Part shown: positions 26,290 through 39,906 of the stretch, one piece after another
How the letters are laid out: each line of letters begins with the position of its first letter
How positions within the stretch are numbered: the first letter of the stretch is position 1
Assembly (NCBI GenBank): GCA_011109175.1
Contig: RDEW01000082.1
Coordinates: 62,001-126,000, forward strand
DNA from: Dicyema japonicum
Lineage: Eukaryota; Animalia; Dicyemida
Length of the DNA: 64,000 nt
Direction: 5' to 3'
Made by a program: the position numbers and the translations under genes
The notes under the pieces: model-generated
Databases searched by the model: none
The model's input: only the letters and a program-made list of their open reading frames with translations
What the model was told of the DNA's origin: nothing

Positions 26290-27545
26290 ACACGGATAAA
26301 TATGTTACTCGTTGCAACCAAATGTAATCTTGTAAAAATTTACAAAATTGCAATTTGAGTGGATTAAAAAAAACATTAAGTTCTTCTCTTAACTCAAAAA
26401 AACGAGCCAAAATTTTACCTCTCGATAACCACCTTACTTGAGTATGTAATATAAGAGATGTATGATTACATCCCATTTCTTTACATAATACTTTTAATAG
26501 AGGAGATTGTAAGGGCCGTGATTGTATATAATTTATCATTTTTATAAAATCATTTATAAACAATTTTAACGAGGATTGAATATTTTTAGAAACAAGAGCA
26601 TAACGATGTAAAATACAATGCGAGCTTGAACACTCCGGAGATACTTGCTTTATACGGGATACTGCTCCAGCAACCTTGAGCACCGTCAGTGCAAACATCA
26701 ATAAATTTTTCCCAACATAATTCCCGAGAAATCATATATTCATCGATTGCGATGAAAATTTATTGACCAGTTGTGTTTATTTCAAGAGATTTTTAAACAA
26801 TAGAAGTCAGGTAGTTGCCGCCCTTACTGCGTGGCTGTTCCCTCTCAAAATTGCGAGCGAAATTCGCTCAAATAGCAAGCGGCGTTCACGGAGATCTCCA
26901 GTGCATGAGGTGATCCGGTTTCCAAGACGTCCGAAAAACTCGAGTGTAGAGGGGGAGTAGGATCCGGAAGTCTCCATAGCAAGGGGAACAAATTTGACAT
27001 CATCGGGAAGGTCGACGTATTTAACGAGTTTGGCCTTCTCAAGAGATTTACAAAATAAAGAATTTTTTGCAGTGTAGAATCAAACAAATAACAAACAAAA
27101 ACTAATAATATTGGTAATCCTTCAACATCAGTTGATTCGTCAAACTGAATAAAAAAATAATCAGAATTTTTAAGCGGGAAATTAATTGATCTTCAATGTC
27201 ATTGGAAAGATCATCAATGCGTGTTTTACAGTGCTATTAGAAAACTGAATCGAATTAATTTTTGAGAATTATCATCCCCATAAAAGATAGATGAAATATT
27301 TTTGAGACAAGGTTTTACTAAAGATTCCGCTATAATGTGAGCTTGTCTATTTTTTGCAATAGGTAACTTATTTAGGATCAATTAACAATTATAATCAACT
27401 TCATAGCTTCAGTGGCTTTTAAATTTTCATCTTTTTTTAAGTTTTTCATCGACTCTTTCAATTTTCTAAAAGCAGCAAGCATTTTTTCAAAAAAAATGGA
27501 TCTTTGTTTTTCAATTCTTTGTGTTGAACAACGAGATGTCGATGG
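26290..27545 (-). mobile_element. hAT (Buster/ZBED5-like) transposase pseudogene, interrupted by a retroelement fragment at about 26790-27060
   Basis: HCILHRYAL, LHTQVRWLSRGKILARFFELREEL and FIQFDESTDV motifs. Confidence 0.8.
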
Positions 27546-27565
27546 AGCTTAGATGGTACTAATGT

Positions 27566-28506
27566 CTATTTTGACATAATTTTGAAAGACCACCGCTCCG
27601 TCATTCTGAAAGCCTTCTTTTGAACGTCCTCAATCTTCTTAGTGTTCGTCCATGATAATGAAGGTCTCCACGAAGCACACGCGTACGAGAAGCATGGTTC
27701 GATGTATTGCTTGTAAATGTTCATCAAGACTGGGTGGGTACCTGTCTTCCATATTCCAGATAAACATTTTAATACATTGATCCTCTTCTCGTACTTCAGA
27801 ACAATGTTTGCCACGTGTGGTGACAAACATAGGTGTGCATAAAGTGTCACGCCCAGGATCTTCTGACATTTGGTGAAGGGGATTTCAATGTTGTCCAATT
27901 TTAACTTGGCACTCATTTTCCTCAACCTTTTGTCCGAAGTAAACATAGACGTGACCGACTTTCTGGAATTTATCGCGAGTCGGTTCTTCATTACCCAGGC
28001 GTTGAGTCGGTCCAGGTTAATTTGTAATCTTTCTGTAGCATTTTGGATATCCCGATCACGCGAGGCCAAACAATGTCGTCTGCATATGAAAGTAGAACAT
28101 TGTTATTGGATTCCGGTGTCGGGAGGTCTGCCAGGTATAAATTGAATAAGGCGGGGGATAAAGGAGATCCTTGGGGGACACCGTTTGGGAGAAGACGTGC
28201 AACTGATTTCAGTCCTCCGAGGCATACACGTCCCCTTCGTCCACTTAAAAAATTTGTTATCCAAATTTTAAACTTCCCCGGGATCTCGGACTGGAAAATT
28301 TTCTTTGATAATATTTTTCTCGAAATAGAATCAAAAACCTTGTTAATACCAATGGAACATAAGACTGTTTTCAAATGCCTTGGTTTGTTTGAAAAACCAT
28401 CTCTAATGAAGTTGGTTAATTTCTGTAGGTACGTTGATGTAGAACAATCGCTCTTGAATCCGTGTTGAAAATTGACGGGTAAATGCCATAATGGAAATTC
28501 ATACAA
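27566..28506 (-). mobile_element. LINE reverse transcriptase fragment (jockey/I-like), frameshifted
   Basis: QHGFK..ST, KVFDSI, NGVPQGSPLSPALFNLY, SYADD, KILGVT. Confidence 0.88.
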
Positions 28507-28563
28507 TTATATTATAAAATTAAAAAAGTTTATTTTGATAAATAATTAATTAAAATATTACAA

Positions 28564-29556
28564 ATGTTTACAAAACGTTCCCTTGTGAGACTGTTTCGCA
28601 TTGCCCTAATAAAACAAAACTGGGACCGAGCTTTCAGGATTTATCTCTGCCTTTTAAAACGGGTTAACTTCGGGAAAGTCTCAGTCATACAAGTAAGAGA
28701 AATAATAATATTAGTGCGGATATTTTCTCACTAAATTCTCCACCAACCTCAAAGAGACAGATAACCACAACATTATTCGGTACGTCATTTTTTTAAATTC
28801 AAAGTCACCTCATGGAGTTCTCTCCAAAGTTCAAGTGTGTGTTTACCAACATACGGGTCAGCAATTCCCTACACAACAACGCCTTCCACGAGGCTGTTCA
28901 AATTGTCGGACGCAGCAAAGCACGTGATTTGGCAAGAATCAAATGTCTCGCCTATTTTGGTCTCTACAGTGTTTCAGAAGACAGATCCCTAAGAACAAAG
29001 GCCATATTGGCTTACAAGAGCTTGTTCAAGAGGTCGAGACCCTCACTTTCAATGGCATTGAATTTTGCCCAACTTTTATTCGACGAGAAAGCCTGGAAGT
29101 CTCTTCACACCTTCACCAGCGATTTTCTCAAGGACCATTCCAATTGGCTGGGAGCATATCAGCTACATTCAATCGCCTCTGAACACGTGGGTCGTTCTCG
29201 TGAAGTTATCATACCTAAAGAGTTTAAACCCTTCTGGTTGAGTAGTAAAGGAACTCTGGAAATAGCAGGTGGGGACCATTCTGAGACAGTGGAAGACCTG
29301 GCAGATTACCTTAGCTACCGAAAGAACATGGGAGATGTAGAGAAGTGGAGTAGATTATTGGCGTATCTGAGAGATTTGGAAACATTGTTATTGTAAGTTA
29401 GAGTGATTGTAGAAGCAAGGATCACTGTTGTTCGAGAAGTGGTGGATATATTTGCATTATTGTGGTTATATCGATAGGGATTGTGGGGAGTTGGTGGAAA
29501 TTAAGACCGAAATTAGAGGATTATTGAAGAATTTGTGTAAAGTGGGGGATGTCTGA
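28564..29556 (+). CDS. Helical-repeat protein, possibly TAF1A-like (Pol I SL1 subunit); 3 introns of about 20-25 nt
   Basis: ATG 28564; GT-AG introns at about 28693, 28780 and 29393 link into the 194-aa ORF. Motifs ALIKQNWDRA, LADYLSY..N..KWSRL and a WW..LHY tail weakly recall TAF1A. The frame of the last exon is uncertain. Confidence 0.55.
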
Positions 29557-30084
29557 CTGTTTTATCATATTGTAATAATTTTGCTTCAACTCAGTCAAAT
29601 TTAATATCTTTGGCAAGCAGCCACTCAGACAACTATATAATGTACTTTTCTTTCTTGGTTTGTTCTCTTCTTTTTCTCTGGCGGAGTCATTGGATCCACC
29701 TTAGTAAGGAGACTCCCATTGCCTGGCCGACATTCAAAAGGATCCATCTATTCACTCCACCAAGAGACAACTCCATTCTCTGGCGACGAGTTCTGGAATC
29801 GACTTCAGCTTCCCGGACAACGCCATATGGATCAATCTGCTTGGGTGAAGGTTCGGCTTGAACGCGTCAGGATCAAAAAATTGGTTAGTTTGGTTTTACC
29901 CTTGGTCTGGTGATCTTGGCCTTTCTCAATAGCTTCCAAATCTTTACTTTTCTATCAGGATCTCACATACTCGCCGAAATATCGCGTTACAGAAAGAAGG
30001 ACATGGGAGATAATTCGTGCCCTTGTTTTTGTTTGTTTTTCTACACATGTCCTGTCCTAACCAAATTAGTCTTGTGGGATGAGT

Positions 30085-30530
30085 GATACAGTTGTTATGC
30101 GAAATTATTAAAAACTGAAGGACTAAGAACTACCACATTCTGAAATGGAGTCAGTTGCCTTCTTTCAGAAGGTTGGAATTTTCCCGAAAGAAAAGAACTG
30201 CCGTAAAAAACATTTGATGACCCTTCTCCATCAGCGGGAGAATACAACATGGGTGTGCGATAAAAGCGGGTGTCGAACTTATAGTTCTCTCAGAAACGGT
30301 GTAATAAGAGAGTACTTTATTTTTAGGTACGTGGTTTCAAGGCACGACAGTTTCGTAACAAACCTGTATTCGTTTCATATATATGTGGAGCTACGACAGA
30401 CAAACAATTTTATGATGTCGGCGTCAACTGGAATGGATCAAACGCACGATTTGTAATTAGTCTCACTCCCTGCGAGAGGTTTGAGCTGATTATTTAGCTA
30501 ATCGTCCCAACACACTGATTGGTATTAGTC
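30085..30530 (+). mobile_element. Merlin/IS1595-like transposase pseudogene (N-terminal part) containing a 28-nt intron
   Basis: C.KKH.M..W.C.KSGC...SLRNG|TWFQG...FIYMWS...LREV pattern, with in-frame stops downstream. Confidence 0.65.
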
Positions 30531-31789
30531 TATTGCTAGATTTTGACTGGGAAAATGTGTCTGTGCATTCCCTATGCCAAATCAGAAATTTCCCCAGGAG
30601 AAAGGGAAGACTTATTCCTTCGGGCCGCTTTCCACGATGCCCAAAATTCTGACCTGTAAGAAGGATTGTGATATTAGCGGTATCTTCAATTGACTTGGAA
30701 ATAATTTCGTTAAAATTCTCAAGGTTTTTCGGAAAGAGGTAACAAGAAAAGGAACTTCCAAGTCATTAATCTCGGATGGAATAAATGATTCTTCAGGAGG
30801 ACAAAGCAATATGAATTAAACTCGAACAACGTAGCAGTGAGTCTACTAATCTCCGGTAGTTTCTTATTCAGAATATGATGGATATTCCCCGTGGAAAAGG
30901 GGGAGCTTAATATAAATAACATGCACGGGCAACCTCGTCAACAATCAAAGCAAAAAGAAGTGGACCAAGAGGATCACCTCGTTAGATCTTAGTCGGTGAT
31001 TTAATATCAATAAGTGAGTTGGACTACCGTTTGCGAGGTCGGGCTCTCATCAAAACGATTCAAGTGTCTGATCTTTCTCATCGAACTGGAAACTTACAGC
31101 TTTACAATGACTCCCGGCTTATCCTCTTTACAATCGGTCACAAAGGAGCGGCATGACAGATTCGCAGCAGTCACGGACACTTACTCTGAGTATCACTGTT
31201 TCAGTTCACATGAAGATCATCAATAAAGCGCAAGCATGAAAGCTTTGAGGCATATCTACGGTAAAGCTTCCACAAACAATTAGCTTGACTTCGCCTCCTG
31301 GCTTCGAGAAATGAAACAATAAGGTGAACAAAAGAGTTCATGAGCTAAGAAAAAGATGTTTCTGGTTGTAAACAGGTTTATGGAACAGACTAAGACACCA
31401 ACTCACAACTCTCTGAGAAAGATACCAACTCACAACTCTCTTCCACCAAATTGCTGATGACTAGAATCTCAAAGAAAGGGGCAGATTGCATTGGAAATAA
31501 CGGAAACACAAGAAATCCGTCAGGACAGTCACTAATTTAGTTTGACGGTTATTACAGCCTATCTTTATACAACTCTGCGTTTCAGACCCAGCTAGACATA
31601 CAACTACTCTGACAGGAACTAGAAAGATGACTTTGGGAACCCAGTCTACATACAATCAAATTGACTACAGCCTCTGTGGAAGAGATAAGTCCGGCTTACT
31701 GGCCCAGGGAGATTAAAGTCAGTAAAGTTAGATTTCATGTTTTATAAAATTGTTAAAAATTATTATTATATTGTAGATTAAATCAAAGT

Positions 31790-32760
31790 ATTAAAGATGG
31801 AATGCGTGAAAAGATGCATACTCAAATATTCTGATGGCAGCAAAAAGAATGGAAGAAATTTGTAATTGGAAATACAAGACAATGGTGGACTCACAAGGAA
31901 ATCTTATTAGCAATTTATGTGGCAGATTTGTAATTTCAAAAAAAACAATTTTTATGAATCGCATCGATCGTCTAAGATGACAGGTTGCCAACAGTTTTAA
32001 CAATTCCAAACCTCCCGAATAAACCGTCGAATGGGTTACTCCCTAGCACAGGTTGAACAGTAATTAATCATGCCAATATACAAAGGTATCCTTTATAATA
32101 AAACTTCATCTTGAATTCTGTCCATTTTTTGTGGAGTAATAAAATGGCAAGGCAGTTCGGTGACGTCCAAAAAAATTAAATCCACCGGATTGGATAAAAA
32201 CTTTAGTTCTGTCATCCTTCTAAATACCCTGCGGAAGATCCTTGCCCTGGTCGTACTTAATCGGATCCAAGAGCCAGTGGACGGGTACTTGGGCCAAAGT
32301 CATAGTGTTTTCAGGATTTGGAGATCAACAGCTGATGTGGTATGGTGCCATAGGTGGGACTACGCTATTCAGTAAAAATTCCAAATTTAAATACCTTCGA
32401 GATCTCCGGAAGTATACAGCGACGATACTATGGAAATTGTTTACGTCGATGATGACTTTCAAAAAGGCTCGACTCCTTTCATTAAAAGTAACTTCGGTCT
32501 CTTTTGGGACTAAAGTGGAAAATGCGAGTAAGAAGTGAAGCATTATACAAAGGATGCTCGTCTGGACCTCTGCACCTGATCATGAAGATGGGGTGGAAAC
32601 TGTTTGGTCACATTCTAAGAATGGAGGGAGGCAAGCCAACAAACAGCATCATAGAATAATTCTTATAAACATCTGGGGTAAAGTTCCGAGGTCATCCGCG
32701 TACAACGCTTCTCAAATTTCTGAATAGTTACCTGGGACGGTGATAAGCTGGCAGTATGCG
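31790..32760 (+). mobile_element. Decayed RTE-like LINE fragments
   Basis: ILLNTLRKILALVVLNRI..R.WRSTADVVWCHRW, YVDD, WKLFGHILRM. Confidence 0.6.
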
Positions 32761-33408
32761 GAACTGGCATCGGACAGTATTGTTTCATCATCTAATTTCC
32801 TCTTTTGATTTATCAGTGATTTCACTTAGACTGGATAGTCCGGTGATAAATATTGTTGATTTTTAGTAGTCGTCTTGTACAAATCTTTTCGATAATATCC
32901 TTAGATAAGTTAGGAGTGCATCTTAGATGAGGTCTCTTGGGCTGCGATTTTTGTCGGCAGTCAATAACCTCGTTAAAAATTTTCACGGAGGCATCATTGA
33001 TTTTAAGTTATAAAGTTGAATGACGTTCAGTAATCTCCTACTTTTTGAGACCCGGAGTTCTGTTGGATGCCAGCAGCAAGAATTAGGAGGATCCAACCAG
33101 ATTTTTTGGAGGAAAAACTCTGCACCTGTTCAGTAGTCACCGTCATCCAGTCCGTCTCCCTGAGGTTAAAGAACGAGGTGATACAAGATTAATTCCGATT
33201 CTTTTAGTTTCCGTAGTGAAACTTGTATACAATTTTCGCCATGTGAAATGAACCACAGAAAATCGATTTGACCTATAAGTTATGTATGCATTTAAATTAC
33301 CGTTAAACCATTTCTAAGACCATTTCTAATATTTTATGATGAATTAAATATAATTAATTTAATTAAAAAAAATATAATTTTGAAAATAACTGTTCTCTTG
33401 TTGTTTTG

Positions 33409-33717
33409 ATGAATACCAAAGTACAAAAAATATCAATTCAGCCAGTGGTTGTAATATAATATTAATAATTTAGAATCAACTCTTTAAATGTCTACAGACT
33501 GTAACCCACGTGTTAATATTATTAGAGAGCAAAGACAGTGGTAATCCTAACAGATAGTATTTATCATCGTATTGAAGGCTATATTGTTGGATTTGACGAG
33601 TTTATGAACATTGTGTTGGTTGATGCCTTCGAACTCAACACAAAAACATCATCCAGAAAGTCTTTGGGCAGAGTTCTTCTCAAGGGAGACACCATCAGCA
33701 TTGTCTACATGGATTAA
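33409..33717 (+). CDS. SNRPE: Small nuclear ribonucleoprotein E (SmE), 2 introns (26 and 25 nt); absent from the ORF track
   Basis: MNTKVQKISIQPV|NQLFKCLQT|RAKTVVILTDSIYHRIEGYIVGFDEFMNIVLVDAFELNTKTSSRKSLGRVLLKGDTISIVYMD*, with Sm1/Sm2 motifs of SmE. Confidence 0.9.
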
Positions 33718-34189
33718 TTCTCTTTCTTATTCTTTCTCTGTTTTTATGTAAAATAACCACGTGGTGGTCTTATTTGCCCTATTTGTCTACCAACATTGGC
33801 TTTGATAAAAAATGTCAAATATTAGTTAATCTAGTTTCCCTCTCCCAATTGCCTTCATCATTGATTTTTCAGAGAATGTCAACTGAGTAAGCCAAACGAA
33901 GTTGTCTAGCAAGAATTCATGACAAACACTATCGAGGGCTCTATATATTAGATATTCGACCTTTAGATGGTACTTATAGTCACATGCTCTAACTATCTAA
34001 AGTTTAGGTAGGATGATCATTTCCGCAGGTCGGTTCAGAGAGCCCCTTAAACAATGCTCTCTATAATCCTTGGCATAAAAAATTTGCCATTTACTCATTG
34101 GGCTTTTCTTTGCTTTCTACGGGTTAGATGCCATTCAGATGATTGACAACTTGCAATCGACTGGGATGTGCCACTTTTTAAATTCTCAT

Positions 34190-35560
34190 AAAACTAGATA
34201 AGGAAAAAATAGAAATTCCCAAAATTGTAATTGGTTTTTTAATGGTCTAGGCTTATTTTGAATGGGGATTGCTGTAGTCACATTGAAAAGTTTCTCAAAA
34301 TGTGTGGCAATTACCTCCGCTTGCTTTTTAGTATTCAGTAATGTCTTGGCATTTTTGTCTTTGATGATTATTCGTTCATTCCTGTTTGTGTGGCGCAGTA
34401 AACGAGCGGCCATATACATTTGTGAATTATATTTTTGTTTGATACTTTATTGATTTTGCAAAATAGTTCTTTTTGGTGAAATGTCTTGTTCAGTCTGCTG
34501 ATTTTTCAACGGATTTGGTCCCTTTGCCTCTAAAGGACTTTTTTCTTGTTATAGTCTTTTTCGTTTAGTTTTTTTGTATGGATTTCTTTTAACTCCTTTG
34601 CTAACTCCTTAACTAGTTCTGTATGTATCGTCCAACCCTTACTGGCCATCTGATGGTACTGGCTTGCTGCTTCGTTTATTATATACTTTGTGTGATCCCA
34701 CGAAATTTCTACTGTTGGGTCCTTCAGATGAGAGCAGATGTATTTTTAGTAATTTTTGAGAATACGGTGTCGCACAAGAACAGTTTGTTTGCCGTGCAGA
34801 AATGGTCAAGTATGGTCGCAGGCAAGTTTATTTTCCCACGTCCGTGTCATCCCATTAAAGTATCTTCTGAATTCTTTTTTGTTCCGATTTTCGCATTCAG
34901 ATCGCCAGCAATGAATATCAGTGAGGACGACTCGACTCAGGTTTTTTGCCACTCTTCTACAGTGTGGTGCATATACATTTATAATTGTTAGTCAAAATTA
35001 AAAATTTATTTATAACAATAAAATCGTTCTAAAGTCCAGCGGATATGATCGAGTGGCTGTTACCTCTGACTACTGCCAGGGATATCCTTTGGAAAAGCCA
35101 CTCGGTTTCCCGACGCTCCCTCGAGGCTTTGGTCAATAGACACCCAAGTGCTCTAAGGAAAGAGACCGTCTTGGGGCCAAAGACTCCGCTCGTCTCGACG
35201 ACCACTGGCTGTACATGGAAACTTGTTAGTCTATTTTTAGTGGAACATTGGTTGTTCAGATGGATCTGTATTATGCAGATCCTGTCATTCACCCGCCAAA
35301 TGCGACTGATGTCAGATGATAGTTTTTTTGTGAATGGCAAATCCATGACCTTAGTGTTTTGAGTCACTGGGTAGGCATATTAATCGATATTTTTCATGGT
35401 TTTCATCGAGATAGTACGTAATTTTCGTCTCTTGTATACAGCCAATAGAAACGTTATATTTTTCTAGGTCATCGCAGTGTATTTCTTGACTAAGGCTTAG
35501 ATATTTCTCTAGCATTGAACGTAAGAAGCTTTAGGGCAAGCATATTCTTTTGTATCTTGT
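34190..35560 (-). mobile_element. RTE-like LINE (APE region) relic, with a CRE 3' fragment inserted at 35029-35220
   Basis: GCIQETK, WRVNDRICI and IAGDLNAKIG APE motifs. The insert reads PVVVETSGVFGP..WLFQRISLAVVRGNS. Confidence 0.65.
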
Positions 35561-35699
35561 GCTTTCTAGACATTTTTATTAACCGTTGTACAGAGAAGAA
35601 ACGAGGCACGTCACCACCTTATGACTCCTTGTGAGATAAATAAAAGTAATGTTCTAATGAGAGGCCAAATTAACGTAAAAATTTACTTTACTTTAATTT

Positions 35700-36260
35700 T
35701 TTTATTTAACCTTAAGATCACCAGGACAGATAGGTCAAACTAATTAGGTGATCCCAGCCTCCAACATCCGAACTCTCTTCATTTGGTCTTCTGATGATCC
35801 AACCGCATTCCGGAAGCGCCTTCTCTTCCTTCTGCAAAGAAATTCAATCGACGTGCACTTTTTTATTACCAACGAAATTTTTCTGCATGGGCTATTTTTT
35901 ACTTCAGTGGGTTTTCCTTGGCCATTCTTCAACATTGCCTTTTCAGAAACGAGGCCGCTAATGGGGATGTCCGTGTGGTGCATAATTTTCCGCCTGAGGG
36001 AGTTCAAACGGTCCACTCTCGAAGAGGGATTCGCAAATCTCCAGGCGGAGCAGGCATATTCAATGGTAGGTACGATGACTTGTTGATAGACCTTGCTGAC
36101 GCAAGCAGCAGGGGGGAAGGGGTCTTCTTTATCATCCCATTCAGAATGTTCCATTTCCGAAAATTCTTGGCAAGCATCTCCTTCATATAAAGAGAGGGAA
36201 CGTCTTTTGTTTTTCTGGGCTTTAGAATTGGCGTAATCAGGGAGTTTTTCCATATATTAG
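35700..36260 (-). repeat. Dispersed retroelement 3'-end family (copies at 44640-44880 and 62410-62910)
   Basis: High DNA identity between copies. Peptide YQQVIVPTIEYACSAW resembles LINE post-RT regions. Confidence 0.7.
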
Positions 36261-36479
36261 GTAGCTTATGGTAGTTGATAGAGTCGTTGTACAGTCTTGA
36301 TAGTATGGCCCGTACCTGAGGTCCAAGGTGTTTGAGGTGAATAGTGCAAATACCGTCGGGACCACAAGCACGAGTGGGACGTAGAATTTAATAGCCTTGT
36401 CAACATCATGGAGGGGTGAAGAAGATGGAATACGGTTATTGTTGCGGAAATGAAAATCGAAAATCGGCACTCATGGGTT

Positions 36480-38080
36480 GACAAACTTTCAATCCAAGTC
36501 TGATGGAGACTCCGGTGCGGACCGTTTCATCGTCTCGGTGAGTTCCCACGTTTCCAATGGGTAGGGCATTGATCTAAGCCCCGCTCCACTCGCATCTTGC
36601 AGTTAAAAGACAGGCTCGTCGGTGTTGGTTACATATTTTCAAAAGCCTCTCGTATTTATCCTCGCAGACAGACTCATAAAGGTCTCTCTGCCCGGTTGTT
36701 TGACTTTAGGGTGTACCAAATCTTCGATCTTTGACGACTCTGATGGGAGCTGGAGAATCATCATGATCAAATTCTGATTGGAGTCCAGTGAGGATTGATA
36801 TGCCGGGTGTGCTAAATCAGATGGTGAGAGAATTCCGAGTCCAGCAAAGCGAACGGGCAAGGTCGCTTGTTCCCATCCTTGTTCGTCGAATTCGACATTA
36901 GTAATACGTTCTGTCGTAGACCGGAATAGGGAGTCAATCGCCCCGAGTTGTTGCATTTTCAGGTAACATGGAGCTCCTCGAAGGACGTAATTTAATTTCT
37001 GCGTGGAAAAAGCGTTTTTCATGAGAAAAAGAGAGGTATGTGCATCCAGCATCCCAAGGCGTAAAAAGGTTTTTCTTAGTTGCTGTTCTTTAGCCAACAG
37101 AGTGTCGTTAATTCCAGTTTCAGCCAGAGGGCATCCAAGTATTTCCAAATGATCCGGCTCGATTTCCGATTTTAGGAATAAACCCCCGAAACATTAATAG
37201 GATCTGATTCCATTCATATCGGGAGAATCCATAATTAACAATTTCGCATTTGGATGCGTTTAGCATTAAACCAAGCGTATCCAATTGGGTTAGTAATCTC
37301 TGTAGACAGTCATATACATTGTTAGGATGATTCCCAGGGTACAATCATCCAAATACCACACGTTCAGCGGAGTAGTAAGGCATCTCATGACACGGTCGAC
37401 ACCGAGCAGAACAGTGCCGGTCCTAGTAGGTCTCCTTGCTGAACCACACGACGAGGGAATGAAGTATTTCCCATGTACAAGACTGGACGGTTTTCCATAC
37501 GAACAATGAACATAATTATATATAGACGGGTAATGGGTAAGACAATCTTCCAAAATTACATCGCGTCGTATGGTATTGAAGGCGTTTTTTATGTCAATCT
37601 TGAGGACCACACAGGGCATGTTCGTTCTGTTTCCAGTAAACATCCGAACGGCATGAACCGCCGCATCACATCCACCAGGAGTACCGACCCCTACTTGGGT
37701 TGGTCGCATTTGTTTGACAAGCATCGGAAGGATTGCTCTGCTAGCAAGTTTAGAAGCCATCAACGAAAAACAAACCCAAAGCAATAGGACGAATTCCTCC
37801 TCCACATTTATCAAAGGCAATTAACTTGGCGGAAAACATAATATGACGGATTGCTTCTGGTAATCTTCCGGAAAGCATTCTGTTGATTAACCTCGTTATA
37901 GCCGATAATAGCCGAACACCAGAGTTCCCCGTATTCTGATCAATTAGGTCTTTTAGGTGTCCTGGACGGAGTCCGTCAAGTCCCCACTGCTGCTTGGGGC
38001 GAATGAGAGATCGCATCTTTCACGTCCCCCTCAGAAATAATCAGACTAGGTAATTCTCCAGAGCAAGTAGGGATCTGTTC
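36480..38080 (-). mobile_element. CRE-clade non-LTR retrotransposon, RT region, frameshifted
   Basis: GLDGLRPGHLKDL, KCGGGIRPIA, QVGVGTPGGCDAAVHAVR, KIDIKNAFNTIRRD, WYLDD, LPVRFAGLGI. Confidence 0.88.
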
Positions 38081-39906
38081 GTCCACTGGCGGACCTACTC
38101 ATTTATAAGGATATTGATCCTTCTTAGCGATTTCCATAATGTGGCACAAGAGTTCTTGTGACATAGTCGTCCAACAAGGCGGCTCCATTTGAGTCTGTTG
38201 TTAGTTCATAATAAGTTCAGATAATTTGGTATTCAGTGAACGTATGGAATAGAAGGAGTTATTGGTCAGCAATCTATTCTTCTTCAGCGCATCTCGCTTC
38301 TTGATGAGTGACACTATTTGCGATGATAATCTTGGAATTAACTTCCTGTAAGAGGCGACAGGTATAAATAGTTTATCATCTTTTAAGATGATAGCAGACA
38401 GAATCTTGCCGTCTTATCTACTCTACAATTATCCATGGTAAGGTCAAGGAGACTATTGTCCACATACGCTCTGAAACCTAGCCAAAAAGCTTTCAAGTAA
38501 CTTTTTGAACTTTGTAGAACAAAACGGTAAACAAATAGGCCTTCTTTGTCTCAACACAATGGGGTTATGGTCGCTTGAGAAACCATAACGAACATTCCAT
38601 AAAATACATCAAGCAGAGGAACAGGTCCAGGGATGTTGGAATGTCTCTTCTGCGGGACGTGGTCCTTGTGTGAGCGTCATGGTCATTGAGGATAATCAAA
38701 GTATTAAGTAAAGAGAGGATGAACGCGCCATGATGTCGACTGATTGTGTCCGGAGCCAGAAAGGATGTTTGGCATTTAGGTCTCGCATAGTAGCAGATCC
38801 TTTAGTCTACACAGTTTCAATAGGTCTGGGATGTAAAAAGTAGTACATGATCCCTGAGCGGGATATAGACATTACATAGTGTAAAACATCTCGTAGAAGA
38901 AAATAGAAATCTGTTCCAGAATAAGATCCCCTTTGCAGAGAAAAGGTATAGAATGGGTGGCATAGTCAAAAGATCCGTCCTGTCAATCAAAAGACCACTC
39001 AATCTCATTATGTGAACGAACTAAGTTAATTTCTAAAAATTTTGGAACGGGGTAGTTGGTAGGCTACCTACTTAAGATCGCAGGAAGGGAAGGAAAGGTG
39101 AACGGTTCTCTTCCATGCAGAACTAGCACTGAACGCCACCACTACAACAGTTGAACCTCATGACGCCAAGTTTTTTGCTAGTTATGGAATGGCCACGTTT
39201 GCAGGAAATCTCTAGGTCCACAAGATTAATATATCCAAATAGCCTCCATCTTGACTACAAGAGCCCCATGAGATTGAAAGTTAAGAAGGAACAGATTAGT
39301 CCTTGAATAAAATTTATGAATGATATATTTTGCTTAATTAATAATCACCTTTATTTATAATGGCGACTGGAAAATGTCAAATTTTTCCAAAATAGCAAAA
39401 AATACCAGTATATTTTTTGGAAAAAAAGTAGAACAAAATTGATTATTAAATGTATTATTATCAAATGCAAATTATGGGATTTTTATTAACCATTGGACGT
39501 TGTATAAGAGTCACACATCATTTAATTTCACAAAAGGTCGAGAAAATGATACTAAAGCCAAGGAAAATTGTTGGATAGCATAATTCTCCATCTTCTCCAC
39601 TTCGCTCTTTCTGAGATGTACTCAGAACCATAGATTTGCAGCAACGCAAAGTCGCATACTTATTCCTGAAGGATTCGCACAATTATTGCTGATCGCAGGA
39701 ATTCTCATGAGATTTGATTCTTTTGACGAAACCGATCACAACATTAGCTATCTTAGATAAAGCCATATTATGTAAAATTTAGGTGTCCTGTAATCAAAAG
39801 ACCAGTCAATCTCATTATGTGAACGAACTAAGTTAATTCCTAAAAATTTGGCACATTTTTTAAATTTCTGAAAATAAATTTCATATAAATCAGATTTCGC
39901 TTCACA

